A DNA stretch of 34,505 nucleotides. Origin: Clostridia bacterium. GTDB taxonomy: Bacteria > Bacillota > Clostridia > Oscillospirales > CAG-272. Location of the stretch: positions 1 through 34,505 of the forward strand of contig JAFQPL010000082.1 in assembly GCA_017411785.1 (NCBI GenBank). Direction: 5' to 3'. The notes beneath the pieces are model-generated. The model saw nothing but the letters and a program-made list of their open reading frames with translations, was not told where the DNA came from and did not search any database. Position 1 is the stretch's first letter; the number at the start of each line of letters is the position of its first letter. The translations under genes and the position numbers were made by a program. Below are positions 17,634-26,876 of this stretch, piece after piece.

Positions 17634-17681
17634 GAAAAAATGAATATATTTATTATAATTATTCATTATATTATATGCATC

Positions 17682-17715
17682 AAAAAAACAGTCCCAAGCA
17701 GATGCTCAGGACTGT
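17682..17715 (-). terminator. intrinsic terminator of rpsB-tsf
   Basis: Minus strand ACAGTCCTGAGCA-tc-TGCTTGGGACTGT, with two G-U pairs that form only on this strand, followed by a T run. Confidence 0.82.
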
Positions 17716-17738
17716 CCTGTTTTATAAATCAAACGATA

Positions 17739-18671
17739 TCAGTTTCCGCCTGCGAGCTTTGCTATCTCAGCTGCGAAATCCTCTTCCTTCTTTTCGATTC
17801 CCTCACCCTTTTCAAAGCGGTAGAAGCCGGTTATCTTGATGCTTCCGCCAAGCTCCTTAGCGGTTTTCTCAACATACTTGCCAACCTTGAGGTCATCATC
17901 CTTGAAGTACTCCATATCAAGCAAGCAATTGTTCTCATAGAACTTTCCAAGCTTACCTACTACCATCTTCTCAAGAATGTTTTCAGGCTTACCTGCGTTC
18001 TTGGGATCGTTTGCCATCTGAGCAAGAATAATTGCCTTCTCATCCTCGATAACCTTTGCGGGAACAGAGTCTCTGTCAAGATAAGGGGTTGTAAATGCGC
18101 CGATCTGGAGCGCTATATTCTTTGCGAATTCTGCAAACGCATCGGTTGCAACGATAGCATCGTCGGCATCAAAGGTTACTACTACACCGATAGAACCTGC
18201 ACCGTGAATGTAAGTGCTGGTGTATCCTGTAGCAACTGCGAAACGGCGAATGCTTATCTTTTCACCGATAACAAATATCATTTCCTTAAGCTTTGCTTCA
18301 ACAGTAACATCGCCCTCAATATAATTTGAAGCAAGAAGCTCCTCTACATTTGCAGGCTTATTTGCAATTATAGTCTTAAGAATATTCTTTACGAACTCCT
18401 GGAAAGAAGCGTTCTTTGCAACAAAGTCGGTCTCGGAGTTTACCTCAACCATAGCTGTAATGTCGCCGTCCTTGAGAACGTCAACTATACCGTCTGCCGC
18501 TATTCTGGTAGCAGCCTTTGCATCAGCCTTAAGCTCGCCTCTCTTACGGAGGATCTTTATTGCCTCCTCAACGTCACCGTTAGCCTCAACGAGTGCCTTC
18601 TTGCACTCCATCATACCAATACCCGTCTTTGCGCGAAGCGCCTGTACGTCCTTTGCGGTAATGTTTGCCAT
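17739..18671 (-). CDS. tsf: elongation factor Ts
   Basis: LR.KTG.GMMECKKAL, EVNSETDFVAKN, RFEKGEGIEK. Confidence 0.98.
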   Translation of the reverse strand: MANITAKDVQALRAKTGIGMMECKKALVEANGDVEEAIKILRKRGELKADAKAATRIAADGIVDVLKDGDITAMVEVNSETDFVAKNASFQEFVKNILKTIIANKPANVEELLASNYIEGDVTVEAKLKEMIFVIGEKISIRRFAVATGYTSTYIHGAGSIGVVVTFDADDAIVATDAFAEFAKNIALQIGAFTTPYLDRDSVPAKVIEDEKAIILAQMANDPKNAGKPENILEKMVVGKLGKFYENNCLLDMEYFKDDDLKVGKYVEKTAKELGGSIKITGFYRFEKGEGIEKKEEDFAAEIAKLAGGN

Positions 18672-18704
18672 AATCTATAATCCTTTCTCGTATTTTTGAA
18701 AAAA

Positions 18705-19460
18705 TTACTCTGCGGCCGCAGTCTCTGCCTCTGCCTCAGCCTCAGCCTCTGCGGCTTCCTCTACGGGAGCATTCTGCTCGCCCTGCTTACCCTCTATAAC
18801 CGCATCAGCAAGCGCAGCAGAAATAAGCTTTATTGCGCGGATAGCGTCATCGTTACCGGGGATAACGTAATCAGCATCGTCAGGGTCACAGTTAGTATCA
18901 ACTATAGCAACAACCGGAATTCCAAGTCTCTTTGCCTCAAGAACTGCGTTTCTCTCCTTCTTGGGGTCAACTATAAAAATAGCTGCGGGAAGAGTGTCCA
19001 TGGTCTTGATACCGCCATAGCTCTTTGTGAGGTCGAACATCTCCTTCTGCTTTGCAGCAACCTCCTTCTTGGGAAGAAGATCAAAGGTTCCATCCTCCTG
19101 CATTCTCTCAAGGTCGTTAAGACGTCTGATGGACTTCTTTATGGTCTTAAAGTTAGTCATCATTCCGCCGGGCCAACGAACGTTTACGTAGTACATTCCG
19201 CAACGGGTAGCCTCCTCTGCGATAGCATCCGCAGCCTGCTTCTTCGTACCAACGAAAAGTACGTTTCCGCCCTCTGCCGCGATGTCACGGATGAAATTGT
19301 AAGCTTCATCAAACTTTTTAACGGTCTTCTGCAAATCGATAATGTAGATACCGTTTCTTTCTGTGAAGATGTACTCCTGCATTTTAGGATTCCATCTTCT
19401 CGTGTGGTGTCCGAAATGAACACCTGCTTCAAGCAACTGCTTAATTGAGATTACAGACAT
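18705..19460 (-). CDS. rpsB: 30S ribosomal protein S2
   Basis: [23 protein letters not shown]. Start is ATG 19460 with SD AAGGAGG; the ORF-track start is over-extended. Confidence 0.98.
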   Translation of the reverse strand: MSVISIKQLLEAGVHFGHHTRRWNPKMQEYIFTERNGIYIIDLQKTVKKFDEAYNFIRDIAAEGGNVLFVGTKKQAADAIAEEATRCGMYYVNVRWPGGMMTNFKTIKKSIRRLNDLERMQEDGTFDLLPKKEVAAKQKEMFDLTKSYGGIKTMDTLPAAIFIVDPKKERNAVLEAKRLGIPVVAIVDTNCDPDDADYVIPGNDDAIRAIKLISAALADAVIEGKQGEQNAPVEEAAEAEAEAEAETAAAE

Positions 19461-19475
19461 TTCAATGTCCTCCTT

Positions 19476-19560
19476 CGGTTTTTTCCACCACGTAGTACAA
19501 GACGGTTTAATTGCCCTTTGCGGGCAACACCGAGCCGTCATTTTACGGCGTGTGTGTGAT
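19476..19560 (-). promoter_or_regulatory. structured rpsB 5' leader (probable S2 autoregulatory element)
   Basis: Leader of about 135 nt containing CACACACGCC and nested stems (GACGG/CCGTC; TTGCCC-gcaaa-GGGCAA), resembling known rpsB leaders. Confidence 0.55.
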
Positions 19561-19602
19561 TATTATTTTTACGCACAAGCTAATGCACGCAAATTACGGT
19601 TA

Positions 19603-19631
19603 ATTATAGCATAACTTTTCTGCTTTTACAA
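19603..19631 (-). promoter_or_regulatory. sigmaA promoter of rpsB-tsf
   Basis: Minus strand TTGTAA, 17 bp, TG-c-TATAAT. Confidence 0.75.
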
Positions 19632-19658
19632 GCAAGCTTTTGTAAATTTACAAATTGT

Positions 19659-22448
19659 TTACATTTTGCGCTTTTGATTCTTATTTCGCGCTCGATGCAT
19701 TTTATCCGAGTTTATTTTACTTTTTGAGGCATCGTCGTTACCCGTTAAAAGCATTACCGCATAAAGCACTATTACCGCTATTGCGGGAACTACGGTAAGC
19801 AAGAAATAAAATGTGCTTCGCGTAACGAAATTACCGCTTAATCCTATCAGATCTCCTATAGGCGTAATCAAAAACGAAAGCGAAATCAAAAGCACAAACG
19901 CCAAAATCTCCGCAAGAAACAGCTTTCTTGAAAAAAGCATTTTCAAGGCAGTTCTGCTTGTTATATCAACAGTATAGATCATAGCTACGATAACAAGCTG
20001 AAGCAGCATCAAGGCAAGAAACGTAAATTCCTCCTTATATTGATGTCCGTCAAAAAGATTAAAGGAATTAAATATCGCAGGTAATATCAAGACCAATACT
20101 CCGCCTGTAACAGCGCAAATAAGCGGATTTTTATATTTTTTGATCATATCTCTGAAGCGTTGCTCGGAATATAGCTTCTTTACTGTTTTCACTGTAGGAC
20201 CTGCTCTTCTCGAGTTTGTCATAAACAGGAACAGCGCAAAAACATCAAAGCATAAGCCCAGCAAAGCAACATGGCGTGCATCAGTCACAGAAACGCCAAA
20301 TAACATCGGCAGGATTATAGCTATCAATCTTGTGATCTGCACGCAAAACAGATAGATCAAAAATCTATTAAGGTTTCTGTACGCCATTCGGCAATATTCC
20401 ATGACCCGCATAAGAGGTTCAATTCCGCCCTTACCGTTTTTGGGACGCATAAGCAGCGCATCTGCGTTTATTTTAACGGTTTGCATACAAGTCGCGCTGC
20501 TTTCCTCTCCCGGAATCTCAAGTGCGGTTATCTCCTCATCAAGTCGGCCTCGGCTTTCGGTTTTGATCGGAGCGCAGGAAATAAATACGTCAGAAATCTC
20601 AATAGCCTTTTCCGCATAATCGGAAAAACCTATGATAGTAAGAGTCTTTCCTTCGGATTTTACGAGCCCTGCAAGCTTATAGATATCGTCTGCGCCAAAT
20701 CCATTATACTCCTCATAGCTTCCAAATTCAGACGTAACAGAAAGATCACGACGTTTAAATTCAACAAAAGACGCCACTTTTTCACTTTTAAGTAAATCCG
20801 GAATTTCAGGGACTGCGAGGTCTCTGTCGTAACAATTTGAAAAGGTTATAACACCGATTCCGTTTTTGCGGAATTCGTTTACGGTATGTACTGTTGTATA
20901 GTCCAGACCTTCTCTTAACACAAGCATACCGACGAAGCATCGCGCTCCATCGCTTACCGATGTAAAGATTATCGGCTTTTTGCCGGAATTAACATTAGAA
21001 TAAAAGAGATTTTTCAGTCTTTGAATACCCTCATATGTGAGAAGCTTTTTTTCTCCCGCCAGATAAACATAAGTGCAGTCCTCAATAATACGGCTTGATG
21101 TTGAAACCTGCATTTCTTTGTTTATACCCATTTCAGTATAAACCAAAGTATCGCTTACGCTTCTGTCAACGCGCGGCAGATAGGAATTCACCGTACACCG
21201 TATTTTTAACGCCTCTCGGTCAAAGTTGGCTTTATTGAGTAATTCCTCTATTGCCATATCTATCATACCGTAAGACTTAACACCTATGCTGGGCATCGAG
21301 GAACGCGCTTGAGCATATATGGTGACCATATTAAAAAGCTCTGCCGCGCTTCCGCTCAAGCTCTCAATATCCTTTAGTGCTCCGTCCGCCGTTTCCAACG
21401 CGGCAAAATGCAAAATTCCGTCGGTAGCAATACTTCCGTCCAAAATAAATATATAATCGGTATCCGCAAGCTTGTCCAGAACACTTGCCGAACGCAATAT
21501 ACACGGATTATCCGCAACAGCAGCCTTTCTGACATATCTGTTGAAAAACGCCGCAAAGAGAGTTGAAAAGCTTGTCAACCGAAAGGTTGCCCCAAAGGCA
21601 AGCGCGATCATAATTGTTTGCGACAAGAAAGAATTTCCGCCTACAAGCTCCCCCATAAGCAAGCTGATAATACAAAACGGCAATAAGCAAATAAGCAATA
21701 TCGTGCTGAATTTGGAGCAGCTTTTTCTAAGGAGCTTCAGGGTTTGCGGAATATCATCCTCAAGGCTTTGAGAAAGTCCTCCCATCACAGATCCAAGATA
21801 GGTATAATCACCTGTAGCGATTACCACCGCACGTCCGCTTCCCTCATCAACGGTTGAACCCGCGTGAAGCATATTTACCATATTTTCAGCGTATATCTCC
21901 TCGGGGCTCACCGCACCGTTTGCATATTTTTGAAGCTTTTTCTCGGTCTTTTTGTCGATCTGCATCGTTACCTTCAGATCATCCGAGTAAACAAGTCTCG
22001 CGTCTACACCTATAACATCACCGCGCTCAACTATAATGACGTCACCTACTACGACGTCCTTATAATCAAGAACGTAAAGCTTTCCGCCCCTTATTACTCT
22101 TGCTGTTGGCAAAAACAGAGCCGAGAGAGATTCAATACTTCTTCTGTTTCTGAAATGAAGCAGAAACGAAGCGCCAAGAGACAGCAGCACAATAACCAAT
22201 ACTACACCGCCCACAGTCCCGTCTCCGAGAAAAATAGCAAAAAAGGAAACAAGAGTAAGCATAAGAAGAAAGAAATCATAAAAAAGCTCAACAATAAGCA
22301 ATCCTATATTCTTTTTTCTGACCTTAAAAAAAGCAGAATCCTTTGAAGCTCGAGCATGCGCAGCCTTTAAAGAAAGTCCCGAGGCTACGTTAGTTCTTAA
22401 CTTTTTTTCTATTTCATCAACAGGTAATGAAAACCATTTTTCGTTCAT
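19659..22448 (-). CDS. P2-type (Ca2+-ATPase-like) P-type ATPase homolog with degenerate catalytic motifs
   Basis: Scaffold segments are recognisable (N-terminal W..L.VDEIEKKL.TN..SGLS; PTARVIRGG..VVGDVI..GD....DARL; NMLHAGSTV..G.G.AVVIATG; about 10 TM segments). TGES, PEGL, DKTGT, KGA, DPPR, TGD and GDGxND are all absent. Confidence 0.85.
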   Translation of the reverse strand: MNEKWFSLPVDEIEKKLRTNVASGLSLKAAHARASKDSAFFKVRKKNIGLLIVELFYDFFLLMLTLVSFFAIFLGDGTVGGVVLVIVLLSLGASFLLHFRNRRSIESLSALFLPTARVIRGGKLYVLDYKDVVVGDVIIVERGDVIGVDARLVYSDDLKVTMQIDKKTEKKLQKYANGAVSPEEIYAENMVNMLHAGSTVDEGSGRAVVIATGDYTYLGSVMGGLSQSLEDDIPQTLKLLRKSCSKFSTILLICLLPFCIISLLMGELVGGNSFLSQTIMIALAFGATFRLTSFSTLFAAFFNRYVRKAAVADNPCILRSASVLDKLADTDYIFILDGSIATDGILHFAALETADGALKDIESLSGSAAELFNMVTIYAQARSSMPSIGVKSYGMIDMAIEELLNKANFDREALKIRCTVNSYLPRVDRSVSDTLVYTEMGINKEMQVSTSSRIIEDCTYVYLAGEKKLLTYEGIQRLKNLFYSNVNSGKKPIIFTSVSDGARCFVGMLVLREGLDYTTVHTVNEFRKNGIGVITFSNCYDRDLAVPEIPDLLKSEKVASFVEFKRRDLSVTSEFGSYEEYNGFGADDIYKLAGLVKSEGKTLTIIGFSDYAEKAIEISDVFISCAPIKTESRGRLDEEITALEIPGEESSATCMQTVKINADALLMRPKNGKGGIEPLMRVMEYCRMAYRNLNRFLIYLFCVQITRLIAIILPMLFGVSVTDARHVALLGLCFDVFALFLFMTNSRRAGPTVKTVKKLYSEQRFRDMIKKYKNPLICAVTGGVLVLILPAIFNSFNLFDGHQYKEEFTFLALMLLQLVIVAMIYTVDITSRTALKMLFSRKLFLAEILAFVLLISLSFLITPIGDLIGLSGNFVTRSTFYFLLTVVPAIAVIVLYAVMLLTGNDDASKSKINSDKMHRARNKNQKRKM

Positions 22449-22449
22449 T

Positions 22450-24756
22450 TTAAATACACTCTACCGTTAATTTATCGTCTTTTTTTGAGTATCCGAGAGA
22501 AACTCCCGAAATACTTCTTCCATAGTCTGCAATTATCCTCTCCGCAAGAGGATCTTCAACGTTCGCGCGTATAAATCTTCTCATATTTCTTGCGCCATAC
22601 TTACGGGAATAAGAATTTCTCGCTATATATTCAAGCGCGGAATTTGAATACTTAAGCTTAATATTCTTTTCCGCAAGAGCGGTCTTAAGCTCATCAAGCA
22701 TTATTTTCGCTATACTGCAGAAATCCTTTTCATCAAGTGATCGGAAGGTAATAATTTCATCAACACGATTTATAAATTCAGGACGCAAAAAGTCCGAAAG
22801 CGCCTTCATGGTAGCACTCTCACTGCGCTCGCTCTCATCTGTTGAGAAGCCTATAGTCGTATTAGATCTGTCAGAGCCCGCGTTAGTTGTCATAACTATA
22901 ACCGTATTCTCAAAATTAACCGTTTTTCCTCTTGCATCTGTTATTCTTCCGTCATCGAGTATTTGCAAAAGTATATTTAACACGTCGGGGTGAGCCTTCT
23001 CAATCTCATCAAAAAGCACCACAGAATAAGGTCTGCGACGTATCTTTTCGGTAAGCTGTCCCGCCTCATCGTAACCGACGTATCCTGGGGGCGCACCTAT
23101 TATTCTTGAAACAGAATGCTTTTCCATAAACTCGGACATATCAAGTCTTATCAAGGTTTCCGGTGAATGAAAAAGATCCGCTGCAAGCGTTTTTACGAGC
23201 TCGGTCTTACCAACACCGGTGGGTCCCGCAAATATAAATGAAACAGGCTTTCTCTTATACGATATACCCGCTCTGCTTCTCTTTATAGCCTTTGCCACGG
23301 CATTTACCGCCTCATCCTGTCCGACTATTCTTTTCTTCAATCTATCGGAAAGCTTATCTATCTGCTCAAATTCATTCTCGGTTATATCGGTAGCGGGAAC
23401 ACCCGTCCAGATCTCTATAACCTCGGCAAGCTCCGAATCGGTAAGCTCAAGCGCCTCACACTCGGGCTCAAGCTCGCGCAACCGCTCGGAAAGCTTGATC
23501 TCTCTGGACTTTATCTGCGCAATCTCCTCATAGCATTTTTGCGCCGCCTTATCATCGGTCGGAGATTCAGCCTCAAGTGATTCCCTTTTATCGCGCAGAG
23601 AAAGCAATTCTTCCCTTATTTCCTGTGTTTCATTAAGAGCAGAGCTTGTAAGCGAAAGATGCGAAGCCGCCTCATCGAGCAGATCTATCGCCTTATCGGG
23701 AAGATATCGGTCGGTTATATACCTTTCCGAAAGCGTAACCGCTCTCATTACAACACTATCCGATATTTTTATAGCATGGAACTCCTCATAATAATGCTTT
23801 ATTCCCGCAAGCATTTTAACGCTATCCTCAATAGATGGCTCTTCTACCGTAACAGGTTGAAAGCGTCGCTCAAGCGCGGTATCCTTCTCTATATATTTAC
23901 GGTATTCGTTAAGCGTAGTAGCTCCAAGTATTCTTATCTCGCCCCTTGAAAGCGCAGGCTTAAGAATATTTGCGGCATTCATGCTTCCCTCGGAATCCCC
24001 TACGCCAACAATATTATGAACCTCATCAATAACCAGAATTACGTTTCCTGCCGCTTTGACCTCGCCTAAAAGTCCCAATATTCTTGATTCGAACTGTCCT
24101 CTGAACTGCGTTCCCGCAACAAGAGCGGTCATATCAACAAGATAAAGCTGCTTTCCTTTTAACTTAAAAGGAACATTACCGTCAGCTATTCTTTGAGCAA
24201 GAGCCTCTGCTATAGCAGTTTTTCCAACACCCGGCTCACCTATAAGGCAGGGATTATTCTTCTGCCGTCTGCAAAGTATTTGTATAACTCTTGAGAGCTC
24301 ACGATCACGTCCCACTATTCTGTCAAGCTTTCCGTCGGCAGCTCTTTTTGTTAGATTTCGGCAATAGGTATCAAGATATTTATACTTTTTTACCTTATCT
24401 GCTCCCTGCTGTTTTTTTGAGGTCTTTGCTCCCTTTGGCTCTCCCGAATTATCCGAAGATACAGGCAAATTGCCCTCCGAGCCAAAAAGCTTAGGCAGAT
24501 CTATAGCGGGTGCTCCGCCCTCCTCCATATCGTCGTTCTCAGAGGGGATCATGCCCTCAAGCTCATTTTCCATCATTTCAAGCTGCTCGGCAGACATTCC
24601 CAGCTGATTCATAACGTCACCGAGCATATTATCAACAGGTACGCCTATTTCCTTAGCGCACTTAATACAAAGTCCTTCGTTTATTTTATTTCCGTTTTCG
24701 ATTTTAGTAACGAAAACCACTGCCACTCTTTTATGGCATCTTGAACACATTACCAT
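22450..24756 (-). CDS. class I Clp/Hsp100 AAA+ ATPase with N-terminal C4 zinc finger (ClpE/ClpC-like)
   Basis: CSRC...CIKC N-terminus without Clp_N repeats; Walker A GEPGVGKT and GPTGVGKT; IDEVH; FDEIEKAH; pore loop GYVG; IGF ClpP-docking-like loop. Confidence 0.93.
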   Translation of the reverse strand: MVMCSRCHKRVAVVFVTKIENGNKINEGLCIKCAKEIGVPVDNMLGDVMNQLGMSAEQLEMMENELEGMIPSENDDMEEGGAPAIDLPKLFGSEGNLPVSSDNSGEPKGAKTSKKQQGADKVKKYKYLDTYCRNLTKRAADGKLDRIVGRDRELSRVIQILCRRQKNNPCLIGEPGVGKTAIAEALAQRIADGNVPFKLKGKQLYLVDMTALVAGTQFRGQFESRILGLLGEVKAAGNVILVIDEVHNIVGVGDSEGSMNAANILKPALSRGEIRILGATTLNEYRKYIEKDTALERRFQPVTVEEPSIEDSVKMLAGIKHYYEEFHAIKISDSVVMRAVTLSERYITDRYLPDKAIDLLDEAASHLSLTSSALNETQEIREELLSLRDKRESLEAESPTDDKAAQKCYEEIAQIKSREIKLSERLRELEPECEALELTDSELAEVIEIWTGVPATDITENEFEQIDKLSDRLKKRIVGQDEAVNAVAKAIKRSRAGISYKRKPVSFIFAGPTGVGKTELVKTLAADLFHSPETLIRLDMSEFMEKHSVSRIIGAPPGYVGYDEAGQLTEKIRRRPYSVVLFDEIEKAHPDVLNILLQILDDGRITDARGKTVNFENTVIVMTTNAGSDRSNTTIGFSTDESERSESATMKALSDFLRPEFINRVDEIITFRSLDEKDFCSIAKIMLDELKTALAEKNIKLKYSNSALEYIARNSYSRKYGARNMRRFIRANVEDPLAERIIADYGRSISGVSLGYSKKDDKLTVECI

Positions 24757-24759
24757 AAT

Positions 24760-25356
24760 TTATTTTTTCGCCTTTCGGGAATTTTTTATTACGTCTTTAA
24801 GCTTTCCGTGCTCTATATTTTCTTTAGAAAGCTTTGAATAAAAGCCTATGTATGCACCAAAAGCAAATATCGCCATTATTGCCGCAGGCATAAACAAGAC
24901 GAGCTGCTGCCAATTATTAAGCGACAATCCGCAGACATACTTGAATATTACTGCCAGGAATATTGTAGCGTAGAACAGACAGACTGCCGTTTTACCATAC
25001 CATTTGCTTACAACCACAACGCTGCGCCTTCTTATAACAAGGAAGCCTATAAGTAGCGTTAAAAGCTCTTTCGCAAAGAAAATGAGCAAAAACCATATAG
25101 GTACTACTTTTTCAATGCAAAGACAAACAAGCACGGTACACTGCATAAGCTTATCAGCAAAAGGATCAAGGACCTTTCCAAGCTCTGTTATCCAGTTAAA
25201 TCTTCGCGCAAGGAATCCATCCACAACATCTGTAGCTCCCGCAGTTAAGAAAACTATAAGCGCCCATATCTTGCTTTCAAGCAAAAAGAAGACCGCTACA
25301 AATACAAAAACCAAAAGAATTCTTATTACCGACAAAATATTAGGTATGTTTTTCAT
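24760..25356 (-). CDS. CDP-alcohol phosphatidyltransferase (PgsA-like)
   Basis: NIPN.LS..R and the signature DVVDGFLARRFNWITELGKVLDPFAD. Confidence 0.92.
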   Translation of the reverse strand: MKNIPNILSVIRILLVFVFVAVFFLLESKIWALIVFLTAGATDVVDGFLARRFNWITELGKVLDPFADKLMQCTVLVCLCIEKVVPIWFLLIFFAKELLTLLIGFLVIRRRSVVVVSKWYGKTAVCLFYATIFLAVIFKYVCGLSLNNWQQLVLFMPAAIMAIFAFGAYIGFYSKLSKENIEHGKLKDVIKNSRKAKK

Positions 25357-25437
25357 TTTAACTTCTTCGCTCTGATTATATGATAACCAAAATAATCAAG
25401 AACCTTCCTCCAAAAATATGACAATTATTTTTATACA

Positions 25438-26840
25438 TCAATCAAAAACAAGATATTCCGCTTTTGCCTCTCCGCAAACTATAGCTGTATCCTCGCTGTA
25501 AACCAGCATAGAGCCCTGATCGGAAGCCAAAAACTCCCTTGTTTTATCATCAGTGTTGATTCTTATAACACCCGTTGCCGTCTGCAAGAAAAGATATTCT
25601 CCGACTATATCGGATCTAAGTATATTCTCACCTATCGAATTGTTATAAATAAGCTTACCGCCCGAATCAAAAGCATAAACCGTTCTCAAGGTTCCCGTTC
25701 CGACAACAGCAACCGCGCCGCTTCTGTTTACATTAAAGGAACCAACGCTTGCCTCATAAAAGGATTCCCTGTCTATCTCCTCAAACTTATCGTTAAAAAT
25801 TCTTATTGACTGATTGGTAATTACCGCAAGATTTCCACTCTCAAGATATGCGCATGCGTAAGGGAACTCACCGTCAATAGAATATTCAAACAATTTTTTT
25901 GCACTGTTAGTGCTTGCGACATCATAAAATGTAACCGTTGTTTCTCCCATGCCGACGCCTACGTCATAAGCTACTGTAGCAAATCTGCCGTCAGAGCTGT
26001 TAAGAGACATATCAAAAACATAATCGCTTTGTGATATATGACCTCTCTGCTTTATATTTTTTCCGTAAAGATATATAACAGTCTTTATGTCTGCCTGTCT
26101 CGTAGCCACGGCAAAGGAACCGTCCTCCGCAAAAACAGCGTCGGTTATAGGATCCTCAAGCGTTCTGTTATACACCTTTGAAAAAGAATTATAAAGTGAA
26201 AACGAGCCGCCCGCAGAGTCATAAACCAAAACATATTTTTCACATGCCACAAGATTTGGCGAATAATAATCGTTATTATTGCGCAGCGTTCTCCGCCCGC
26301 TTGTTGTAAACACAGAAACGCTCGAAGGAGACGCGCTTGCGATCCCTCCTCTGAAAAGCGCAAATTTCTGACGTTTATCCGAGTCATAAGACAATATCTG
26401 ATAATTAGAGGTCTCGCTATCTACGGCACTTGAAAAATCCTTTATTAAATAAAAGAAATTATTGTAGGTTATTTCTTTATAATTAGTCAACAAGGCAAAA
26501 ACCACAAACAAGATCAATGCAGCCCACAAAATTCTCTCTATGACCTTATAAAAGCCGATACAGAAGCAAAATAAACATCTCCTGCGCCCTTAAAGTCTTC
26601 CTTGCTTAAGACCCGTTCCTTTTGAGGCTCGGGGTCAAAAAAGCCGCCAACTCTGTTAAAGAATTTACCTTTTTTCTTTTTAGCCTTATTTTCCGACTCT
26701 TGAGCTTCATTCAAGCTATCAAGATCACTGTAATCATCCTGCATCTTTTCATTATCTTCCGAATAATTTTCGTCAGGCTTCTTTATTCCGCTTTTCACGG
26801 TTTTTAAGAATTTTTTTGCATTAAATCGCGATTTACCCAT
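25438..26840 (-). pseudogene. membrane-anchored beta-propeller protein (DUF5711-like), split by a 1-nt frameshift near 26550-26553 (real lesion or sequencing indel)
   Basis: ORF 26538-26840 has SD AGGAGG; ORF 25438-26529 has no clear SD. Adding one T to the T4 run gives continuous ..YFASVSAF-YKVIERILWAALILFVVF.., a 467-aa protein with a cytoplasmic N-terminus, one TM helix and beta-strand repeats. Confidence 0.7.
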
Positions 26841-26876
26841 AAGCGTTCCTCCTTTCTCAAATATTCTCCGATCATT

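Noticed and set aside
18708-18760. Short GC-rich tandem repeats
   Set aside because: They encode the ordinary Ala/Glu low-complexity tail of S2.
17640-19448. Long antisense ORFs (229 aa and 250 aa) opposite tsf and rpsB
   Set aside because: Typical shadow frames of highly expressed, codon-biased genes, with no convincing SD or protein motifs. The same applies to the other short antisense or nested track ORFs.
25376-25422. Sporulation sigmaE-like promoter (TCATATT ... CATATAAT) before the pgsA-like gene
   Set aside because: The two boxes are about 30 bp apart, far from the expected spacing.
26538-26540. TAG read-through (pyrrolysine or recoding) joining the two ORFs
   Set aside because: The downstream ORF is in a different frame, so a frameshift is required rather than read-through.
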